The translations under genes were made by a program, and so were the position numbers. Below, piece by piece: positions 57,101 to 64,000 of a DNA stretch of 64,000 nucleotides (positions within the stretch are counted from its first letter, which is position 1; the number at the start of each line of letters is the position of its first letter). The stretch is taken from positions 32,001 through 96,000 of the IMG/VR virus record IMGVR_UViG_3300005264_000040; one strand, 5' to 3'. Source of the DNA: a virus. The notes below the pieces were generated by a model. It had not been told where the DNA came from and did not search any database. It worked only from the letters and a program-made list of their open reading frames with translations.

Positions 57101-57475
57101 ATATACATATATTCTGCTAAAACTTCGATTATCTATATCGAATTTTACTAAATAACAATGTTGAACTGTTTGATAATAATCGGAAAAACCTACTCTCCCT
57201 ATATATATATCTTTATTTTCTCTATCATAAATAGCACGTCTTGTATAATTTCCGCTTGAACCATTTGGCATAGTATAAGTATGAACGGATATAATTGAAT
57301 AATCATATCCTACCAGAGTTATTCTTAAATTCTGATAATAAGTTTCTACTATAGCAAACTTAATCGTTTCATCTATATTATGAATATAATCAATAGTACT
57401 TGTGATATTATATGTTTCTTCTATATTTATATTTACTTTATTCACTACAAAAGTATAACTTGTCACATCGCTCAT
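54143..57475 (-). CDS. putative tail protein with internal SCPP tandem repeats
   Basis: 1110 aa; 13 CPP-containing repeats; shared C-terminal domain. Confidence 0.55.
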   Translation of the reverse strand: MSDVTSYTFVVNKVNINIEETYNITSTIDYIHNIDETIKFAIVETYYQNLRITLVGYDYSIISVHTYTMPNGSSGNYTRRAIYDRENKDIYIGRVGFSDYYQTVQHCYLVKFDIDNRSFSRIYVYNDPNASNLVPFRLHRTYLLEDWWIMTAMEPTNAIIKYGRRGVDPIGEGSLFVTPDDTWLDDRNDIWPFNGYVMVLSRSQNKILLLDLVNQNIQYADLPDSSAFDISQGVIGYSTYVQYTANDDFYTVYIKDITNNVEYRNEPLYLPVMVLQSKAKPYQWFIWTGGVQNLVLIKENYNGSTTPIDIPDYYFIEIANMKYNVEDHNFQYYLLYPKDGQGIRESLNGMFNTSNPVRFNSYLGRLTYYAKYPSSTHSIYTLHTKQIKFSIDNNGGLEKFFYHVGYISDILQTKIPDIENFDFSYYTVDIYGYFIIANSTIDERVYIIKIPDHHDETNIFYGYPDIVYPIHLFYDLNIINAKYLSVFTKRYTNQAGPSFVVASYGEDTNRSIYMFDLYQTVLHKVTRPGIPIECVYEPIIYHIKKEKKIEFPDLMQYIDEEKTPLDKRPHASIECQWERKIYHKKESHKIDLADLIQYIDEEKTPLDKRPHNSIKCVIIEYTNKDYHMPYTDVSKFITFANLMQYATQDEDSCPPIDVKPVTLLQYATQDEDSCPPIDIEFANLMQYATQDEDSCPPIDVKPVTLLQYATEDEDSCPPIDIEFADLTQYATEDEDSCPPIDIEFANLTQYATEDEDSCPPIDIEFADLMQYATQDEDSCPPIDIEFADLMQYATEDEDSCPPIDIEFANLTQYVDIEKTPFEIKPKNTIKCTVLEYTNKDYKMPYTDVSKYLTLNLLQYATQDEDSCPPIDMDIRISQYSVFNTKEPVRFTFSDLMQYATEENCPPISIEFANLIQHATEDNCPPIDIEFADLMQYVHPSINFDVYVLQHATEDNCPPIYTDIFVSQYATEDSCPPVKLENCGGIQFLFVQSFRKIEVEICKAILIDLKLVVNISGKPIYNLPHIKVLPKDSAFYFLDEYFEIYQELKDRFWIRNYYSKNGIKNVMNAEGSLDIYDVQKTIVLNDYRDLKENKIKTINILDKWQFEQLIK
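55040..55543 (-). repeat. 8 contiguous 63-bp coding repeats (YAT[Q/E]DEDSCPPID...L.Q)
   Basis: 504 bp = 8 x 63; units 1 and 3 are identical at the DNA level. Confidence 0.95.
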
Positions 57476-57548
57476 TTTATATCCACCCCTGTCTTTATAT
57501 CCTTCTTATTATAACATCTTCACTCATAAAAATGCCAATAAACAATTT

Positions 57549-59591
57549 TTATTCTTCAAAAAGTGCAGAAGGCATATCCTTGTCATATGCAATTTCTTTT
57601 GAATCTCTACTATCATTTAATATTGGAGCATAATCCCGCATATATTGAATATCTACTAAACCGTCAGGATTGTATGTATATTTTTTTCTATCTTCTAGAT
57701 AAATATGTCTAACTAAATTGTCTTTTGCGAGTTCTTTTTCTAATTTTTGTAATCGGCCCAAAACTTTTATACATTCATGTGGCTTTAAAGTTTTTATTTG
57801 TCTATTTTTATAAGTTAGATTGGATAAAATCTTATCCGATGCATTAATTAATAAAGTATAATCTGTTTTTCTGTCGGTAGCAACATACATTTCTATTGTA
57901 GCTTTCTTTTGATTTTCTAAATAATTAACAAAACTTTTCAGGAACAAAGGAGATGTTTTTGTTTTTCTATTTATAAAACTATTTAATTCTTTTTTTGAAA
58001 TATTATTAGTTAAAAATACATTGCTATTTATAAACAAACTTAAATTGTCATCAAAAGATGCAACATTTGCTAGTATATTTTTATTTCTTTTCAAACCTAA
58101 AAGCTGTACATTTGCAAATATATCTTTTATATTAAGTTCAGTTAATGCCAATCTATTAAATTTAAAACGATAATAACTGTATTCTGCAGAATTATTATAA
58201 GTCGCTTGATCAATAAAATACTGTAGTTCCCAATTCTGATCGTAAATAGCTTGAAGAGCAGCATGCCTAAAATTATTTCCGTATTCTGCGTTTATATCTT
58301 GATAATATAGAGAAGAACCTGACAATGCAATAGCTTCCATATTTATCGTATTATAAGCAGTATCCCTTACTATTATAGCGGGAAAAGGATCCAAAGTAGT
58401 GAAGATTGCTGGCGCTTGATATGTATTTACTAAAGGAACATTGCCTTTGTATTCAAAATCAACAGAAAATGTAGCATCTTCATTAACGTTTAATAGAATA
58501 GAACTAAGAATTTGAATGCTGTTTGTTGCGGAATCATATTTAGTTATTATTTTTTCTTGAGGATAAAAATAAGGTTTATATTCTGAAAAATTGTATTCTT
58601 GATAATATACATTTTCCCTAAAGATAGCTTTAGCAATAGGAAAACTTTTATATTTCATATTGAGAGGAGTTTTGCTTCTAGTATCAGCATTGTATAAATC
58701 GTAATTATAATCTTCCAAAAATACAATATATCCGTGCAAAACAGAATTTGAATCACTAGTTGTATTAGAATAAATTACTGCTGTTTTAACAGTTATTGTT
58801 TTTGTATATTCATTTGTATCTTTGTTGTAAAAAAATAAAATAGGGTCATTGAGTTCTAAGGTGAATTCTTTAAAGAAACCGTTTAAACTAAAACTAACTG
58901 TTTCATCCCAAATTAAGTCTGGTAAAGGATAATTTTGTATTGTTCTTTCTTTTAAATCCACAATATGCATAGTATTTTCTTTATCTATATTTATATATTT
59001 TATTTTGTAAAAGTTATTTTTATCTAAATAGGTAATAGGGATCCCTTGATTTTTTTTAAATAATTGGTTTGGAAGAACAAAAGTCCAATCACTCCTGTCA
59101 TTCTCTAAATCTGATATATTTTCACTATACATAAATGGCGTAGAACTAGAAGAACCGTCAAAAGGGACCAAAAGCCATTCTCCATTTTTAAACATATACA
59201 GATTTCTAGCTGGATAATTTGTATAGATTTTACTTGTTGTTATTTCACCCACTGTTCCATCATCTAAGAGTGGAATTTTTATCAATACATCATTTACACA
59301 TGTATTGTATGAATCTGTTAAGCCTAAAAATATGGTATAAAAAGAACGAGATTGAGGATTGTACCACCCGTTATAATTATAAGTGCCTGACCCTGCAGTT
59401 GGCATTCTCTTATGTTTTTGTTGTATTTGATTAAAATTTTCATCATATACTTTTACATAGAAATCATAATAAGAAGAATAAAGCCAAATTTTATTTCCTT
59501 GTAAAAAATCAAAATTATCTAACCATCTTGATGTAGAACTGGGAACTGCAGTATTTTTCTTGTTTTCTATTTTTAAAATTTTAATATCCAT
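57549..59591 (-). CDS. putative tail protein, paralog family member
   Basis: Shares N-terminal MP..(G/S)SG.Y segment with 54143..57475 and C-terminal KKYTYNPDG..DI.Y....NDSRDSKE. Confidence 0.5.
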   Translation of the reverse strand: MDIKILKIENKKNTAVPSSTSRWLDNFDFLQGNKIWLYSSYYDFYVKVYDENFNQIQQKHKRMPTAGSGTYNYNGWYNPQSRSFYTIFLGLTDSYNTCVNDVLIKIPLLDDGTVGEITTSKIYTNYPARNLYMFKNGEWLLVPFDGSSSSTPFMYSENISDLENDRSDWTFVLPNQLFKKNQGIPITYLDKNNFYKIKYINIDKENTMHIVDLKERTIQNYPLPDLIWDETVSFSLNGFFKEFTLELNDPILFFYNKDTNEYTKTITVKTAVIYSNTTSDSNSVLHGYIVFLEDYNYDLYNADTRSKTPLNMKYKSFPIAKAIFRENVYYQEYNFSEYKPYFYPQEKIITKYDSATNSIQILSSILLNVNEDATFSVDFEYKGNVPLVNTYQAPAIFTTLDPFPAIIVRDTAYNTINMEAIALSGSSLYYQDINAEYGNNFRHAALQAIYDQNWELQYFIDQATYNNSAEYSYYRFKFNRLALTELNIKDIFANVQLLGLKRNKNILANVASFDDNLSLFINSNVFLTNNISKKELNSFINRKTKTSPLFLKSFVNYLENQKKATIEMYVATDRKTDYTLLINASDKILSNLTYKNRQIKTLKPHECIKVLGRLQKLEKELAKDNLVRHIYLEDRKKYTYNPDGLVDIQYMRDYAPILNDSRDSKEIAYDKDMPSALFEE

Positions 59592-59646
59592 TCTATTCGA
59601 CCTCCTTTTTTAGTATTATATCATTTAAAATTTATATGATGCTATT

Positions 59647-59677
59647 AAAAAAAAATTCGGGATATACATCCCGAATT
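59647..59677 (-). terminator. intrinsic terminator after RNA polymerase gene
   Basis: aattcgggat / atcccgaatt 10-bp stem with T tract on minus strand. Confidence 0.8.
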
Positions 59678-62600
59678 AGTACTTTCCTTTTTCGCCTTTC
59701 CCAAAAGTAACACCTCTTGCCCATTGAGCTATTGGTGAATAACTATGTTTCTTTGTTTTTGCACCTGTCATAGCTGAATGAGGAACAGTTTGTCTTAAAT
59801 ACCTAAAACTCATTCTATGTTCAAAATCATCTGCAATTGTAGGTTGTTTTGCTGAACCTAGTAATAAATTCTTGTATTTTATCTTATCGTTATAAACAGT
59901 AACTTTTTTTATACCTGCTTTTTCTAATTCTTCTTTTATATCTTCATCTATTAAAGTTCCTTTTGAAATATGAGCTGTGTCATCATATAATCTATGTCCT
60001 ATTGCATCTTTTAAAGGGACTGTCATAGAAGAATCTCTATTTAAAGAATCGATATAATTCCAATTTACGACATCTCCTGTTTTTAATTTATGTTCATAAG
60101 GTCCTGGATCCACTACTACAGCTTTATCAGTAACAGATCTTACAATAGTTTCCGTTACTTGAGGATTCATCTTTTTATCTATTTGGTTATATACAATATC
60201 ATTTAATTCATTGAGCATTGCTTTTTGTGCTTCAGGCACACCTCTTAATCTTGCTAATTGTTTGTGAGGCAAAATACCATGGGACAGTTTGTCTCCTTTT
60301 TTTACAAATTGTCCTTCCTTCACAACTAATCCTAAACGTTTAGGGATTTTGTGTATTTTATCTTTGATTTTCACTTCATAAACTGAAGATTTTTCTACAA
60401 TTTTTTCAACTTTTCCACTACGTTCTGCAAGTTTTGCAAAATTAGGATTACTTTCAGGCATTCTTAATAATGTAGAAACTTGTGTAAATACATCCCCTAT
60501 ATTTTCATTTCCTGCTCCTACTACACTACCGGAATGAAACAATGACATAGAGGTTTGAGCTAAAGGTTCTGTTACAGCTTGTCCTGATTTTATCCCTATA
60601 TTTTCTCCTATTTCAGGTAATTTATAACTTTCATCAATACCAAAAGATTTAGCCGCTATTCCTTCAGGTAATGTTGATGTTAAAGGGGATTTTATGTATA
60701 TAGACGTTATTCCGCTTTGTTTTAAATCTTTAATCATTTCAGCGGTTACTTCTTCGCCTTTTTTATATTCTGTTTTCTTACCTTTTATATTTTGAGCTAA
60801 AAACCTTCCTATATATTTTTCATCTACATTTACTTTTAAACCTGGATCTTTGTCATCATCTTTATCAGCAACAACTAAGGTCATTAAAGATTCTAATAAT
60901 TCTTTGTTCAAAGCTCCAGGTTCAGAAACCATAGATTTTCTTGCAATCATACCAGAACGAGCACCATACCCTACACTTAAATATTCAGCAGGAGTTAAAC
61001 CTTCTGCGAAACTTCTTTTTACTACAATTGGTGCAGGTTTTCCTTTTGCGTCCTGAACTAATAAAGGAGTAGCTGCAATTTGCCTTATTTGTCCAATACT
61101 TCCTTTTGCTCCTGACATCGACATGTTGTATAATCCATTCTCCTTATATTTTTTAGAACGTTTATCTTCAAGGGATTTATCTAATTTCTTTTGTAAATCC
61201 ATAGCTTTTTCTATTTTTTGTTTATAAGGAAGTTGATTTATTTTATCCACTTCTTCTTTGATTTTTTTGACATCATCATCTTCTTCTTTAATATCATCAA
61301 TACCTACACTTAATCCAATTCTTGTAATTGCGAATCTTCCTACATCTTTCCAAGTTGAGAATATTCTATTTATCTCTTCTCCTAATAAACGCCCTTTGGA
61401 TTTTTCAATAGCTAATTCATTAGCTAATTGTTGAATCATTTTTTTGTTCCATGTAGAATTTTTATTTGGTTCTATATATTTTCTGTAGAATTCTCTTTTA
61501 AGATTTTCATCTTGGATAGTTAATAAAACATCCATAATCAAATGCCTTCCTGCAGTTGCACTATACCTGTATCTCGGATCTACTCCTAATATTTCCACTG
61601 TATCATTCCATTTTATTTGGTTATTTAAAAATCTATCATACAATTCATCATAACTTTTTACCATTATTTTTCTTCCTGGTTTTTCTGGTGGTTCTGTCAC
61701 TCTAAATATTCCATTTAAATATTCCATTGAAGGCAAATGCATTATTTGTTTTGTTCCAGGTTTTAAAAGATTATTAGAAGGCAACATTTTAAATGCTTCT
61801 TTTCTTGCTTCTTCAGTAACCGGAACATGAATTCCCATCGTATCACCATCAAAATCAGCATTAAAGCCTTTTACAACCAATGGATTAAGTTGAACAGCTT
61901 TCCCTTCTATAAGTCTTGGCTTAAAAGATAATATAGAAAATTTGTGTAATGAAGGCGCTCTATTTAACATTATAGGACGTTTTTTCATTTCTTCTTGTAC
62001 AATATCCCAAACCATATCATTAGGATCTTTCAATAATTCAGTAATTCTTTTATTGTCATATCCCATTTTTTTGAGTTCTTTCTTTATAAATGGTTTGTAA
62101 AGATTCAAAGCAACGGGTTTAGGAATACCAGCTTCATCTAATTCTAAATCAGCACCCGGTTCTATTAATCCTGTTCCTGAAAGTTCTTGCCTTTTCTTCA
62201 CTACTTTTGACTGAAAATATCCAGATTTAGGAGATTTACCTGGAGCACCTGCCACATAATGTAGAGCTCCGGCTGGTTCTTCTTGTTTGCTGTTTTTCAT
62301 AGGAGGATTACTTCCAACAACAGCTCCTACAGCTTCCAATAATTTTTGTCTATATTTTGCTGCACGTTTAGGGGATAAATTATCTTTCATTTCTTTGAAA
62401 CGTTGGTTTAAATTAATCAAATCTTGATATACATAATTTATTTGAGAAACTCTTACATCTGATTTATCGGTGGGAGAAGGATACACCGGCCTAAATTTTG
62501 GTGGGATTACTGGGATTTTAGAAATAACTAAATCTTCAGGTTTTAATTTATTTTCCTTCAACATTTTTAACATTTGCACTTTTCTTAAAGCTTTGTCAAG

Positions 62601-63998
62601 AGTTCTTTGTTCATTACTATTTTTCAAATGTTCTTCTGCTTTTTTTAATTCTTCATCCACATTTATTTTTGACAATAAATATTTAACAGCTTCGCCTCCG
62701 CCAATTGCTTTATCTTTTGGAGATACTTTATTTACATCTACTAATTTACCATCTTTTAAGACCATTTTACCTTCCATGATTTTTCTTAAATCTTTTTGTT
62801 TTAAATCTAATAATTCAGCTATTTGTTTTTCGAATAAAGGATTTACAATAGGTTCTGCTAATTCTATTTTCCCCCATTTATCTCCTTTAAGGCCACCTAA
62901 TTTATGCGGGTCAAACAATCCACCTTTTTCTGGTAAAAGGTTGTGGCCTGCTAAAATTTTAGCGTTTTCTACTTCACCTGCGGCTAAATTATCTACATCT
63001 TTATCGGTAATAGGTCTATATTTAATCTCCTCTTTGTTTTCTTCTGAATAAATACCAGCACCAGTTAAATAGGCTCTAAATTTTTCATATGCAAAAGGAG
63101 TTTTCATGGTTGAAGGAGGGGGTACTTCCCCGTTCTCAATGGCCCTCCAGAATTCATCATTTTTCTCAGCTTTATAGGTGGCCATTTCACGCAGGTTTTC
63201 CCTTGCGTTGTGCGCTACCATCCCGTAGAATGTTAGCGCATCTAAAGAACGAGCACCCCCACCAGCACCAGTTCCTTTTAAAGGTTGTAAATCTGAATCG
63301 TAAGCCCAATATTCGCCTCTTGTATTAGTTTTCTTATCTACTTGTTGAGGAAGTTTTATAAAATATTGATATCCCACCAAAGCCGGTGTTTCCATTTCAC
63401 CTTCTCCAGGAATATATATTTTTTCCTTATCTTTAATATTATATTTTTTCATTAATTGTTTTGTATATTCTGTCATATCCTTTTCCGTATCAAACAAAGG
63501 CACTTTAATAGGATGTCCAGCTTTAACTGCAGCTTTCCCAGCTACAGTCTCTAATATCTGCGATGGATTGATACGTGAAGGCAACGAAAGAGGATTTAAA
63601 AGGACATCGATAGGTTTCCCTTTTTCATCTTTAGGCATTTCGTCATCAGGTAATATTAAAGATACAGTACCTTTATTCCCGTGTCTTCCGGTCAATTTAT
63701 CTCCAACTTGCATTGGAGATTCATATTTTACCATAACACGAATTTTATCTCCTAATCTATATACTTTTACTACTTCTCCTATTTCTTTATGTTTCCATAC
63801 GATACTTTTATCTACATAATCTCTTAAAACTTTATCTGCAAAAGCACCTAATATTTTATCATTTTCTGAAGGTACTCTTTCTCTCAAAACTACTGCAATA
63901 GGATCCCCATTTTCAAGTTTAATTCCTTTTTTTGCAATACCTTCATTATCTAATTTTTCTAGTTGGTTTGCACTATATTTAGTTGGATAATATGCTTG
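59676..63998 (-). CDS. single-chain fused beta/beta-prime DNA-directed RNA polymerase, 5'-truncated by window edge
   Basis: Frame open to window end; beta GDKLTGRHGNKG (63669-63704) and NPLSLPSRIN; beta-prime NRAPSLH, NADFDGD (61842-61862), bridge helix EGLT...GARSG, trigger loop EPLAQTSMSLFH. Confidence 0.95.
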   Translation of the reverse strand, partial: QAYYPTKYSANQLEKLDNEGIAKKGIKLENGDPIAVVLRERVPSENDKILGAFADKVLRDYVDKSIVWKHKEIGEVVKVYRLGDKIRVMVKYESPMQVGDKLTGRHGNKGTVSLILPDDEMPKDEKGKPIDVLLNPLSLPSRINPSQILETVAGKAAVKAGHPIKVPLFDTEKDMTEYTKQLMKKYNIKDKEKIYIPGEGEMETPALVGYQYFIKLPQQVDKKTNTRGEYWAYDSDLQPLKGTGAGGGARSLDALTFYGMVAHNARENLREMATYKAEKNDEFWRAIENGEVPPPSTMKTPFAYEKFRAYLTGAGIYSEENKEEIKYRPITDKDVDNLAAGEVENAKILAGHNLLPEKGGLFDPHKLGGLKGDKWGKIELAEPIVNPLFEKQIAELLDLKQKDLRKIMEGKMVLKDGKLVDVNKVSPKDKAIGGGEAVKYLLSKINVDEELKKAEEHLKNSNEQRTLDKALRKVQMLKMLKENKLKPEDLVISKIPVIPPKFRPVYPSPTDKSDVRVSQINYVYQDLINLNQRFKEMKDNLSPKRAAKYRQKLLEAVGAVVGSNPPMKNSKQEEPAGALHYVAGAPGKSPKSGYFQSKVVKKRQELSGTGLIEPGADLELDEAGIPKPVALNLYKPFIKKELKKMGYDNKRITELLKDPNDMVWDIVQEEMKKRPIMLNRAPSLHKFSILSFKPRLIEGKAVQLNPLVVKGFNADFDGDTMGIHVPVTEEARKEAFKMLPSNNLLKPGTKQIMHLPSMEYLNGIFRVTEPPEKPGRKIMVKSYDELYDRFLNNQIKWNDTVEILGVDPRYRYSATAGRHLIMDVLLTIQDENLKREFYRKYIEPNKNSTWNKKMIQQLANELAIEKSKGRLLGEEINRIFSTWKDVGRFAITRIGLSVGIDDIKEEDDDVKKIKEEVDKINQLPYKQKIEKAMDLQKKLDKSLEDKRSKKYKENGLYNMSMSGAKGSIGQIRQIAATPLLVQDAKGKPAPIVVKRSFAEGLTPAEYLSVGYGARSGMIARKSMVSEPGALNKELLESLMTLVVADKDDDKDPGLKVNVDEKYIGRFLAQNIKGKKTEYKKGEEVTAEMIKDLKQSGITSIYIKSPLTSTLPEGIAAKSFGIDESYKLPEIGENIGIKSGQAVTEPLAQTSMSLFHSGSVVGAGNENIGDVFTQVSTLLRMPESNPNFAKLAERSGKVEKIVEKSSVYEVKIKDKIHKIPKRLGLVVKEGQFVKKGDKLSHGILPHKQLARLRGVPEAQKAMLNELNDIVYNQIDKKMNPQVTETIVRSVTDKAVVVDPGPYEHKLKTGDVVNWNYIDSLNRDSSMTVPLKDAIGHRLYDDTAHISKGTLIDEDIKEELEKAGIKKVTVYNDKIKYKNLLLGSAKQPTIADDFEHRMSFRYLRQTVPHSAMTGAKTKKHSYSPIAQWARGVTFGKGEKGKY

Positions 63999-64000
63999 AT

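Noticed and set aside
263-63819. Many short antisense or nested ORFs in the supplied track (for example 263..481, 1833..2081, 25466..25657, 49821..50105, 62470..63051)
   Set aside because: Fully overlap longer, motif-bearing genes on the other strand or frame and lack RBSs; treated as shadow ORFs
59676-63998. Host chromosomal rpoBC
   Set aside because: Fused, highly diverged, Zn sites lost, and followed by phage tail-like and terminase genes rather than cellular genes
1-64000. Alternative genetic code, tRNA genes, introns, inteins or homing endonucleases
   Set aside because: Long ORFs are intact under the standard code with TAA, TAG and TGA all ending genes; no tRNA-like T-arm signature or intein/intron insertion was seen by eye in terminase, PolA or RNAP (a tRNA scan was not run)

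Overview
AT-rich, densely coding fragment of a large contractile-tailed (myovirus-type) bacteriophage, read with the standard genetic code. Positions 1-43430 are transcribed on +, 43445-64000 on -, converging at a bidirectional terminator. Modules in order: (1) 1-11463, small accessory/early genes with tandem paralog pairs, a retron-class reverse transcriptase with no adjacent msr-msd, and a promoter-to-terminator ~160-nt non-coding unit carrying irregular AATG(AG)1-3 repeats; (2) 11835-30167, DNA metabolism (SNF2-like helicase, MazG-like, DUF1653-like, HEAT-repeat, SSB, Cas4-like nuclease, primase-helicase fusion, family A polymerase), bracketed by two 103-bp palindromic elements with directly repeated cores and reciprocally swapped arms; (3) 30509-43430, head, neck and tail genes whose head proteins share a K-x-A-[S/A] motif; (4) 43445-59591, a frameshifted HD-GYP gene, small membrane proteins, terminase large subunit and four paralogous putative tail/receptor-binding proteins; (5) 59676 to the window end, a 5'-truncated single-chain beta/beta-prime RNA polymerase with no cysteine in 1440 visible residues. 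No portal, tape-measure, baseplate, recombinase, tRNA or CRISPR array was recognised. All product calls are by eye from motifs and gene order; no database searches were run. The host cannot be assigned from this window.
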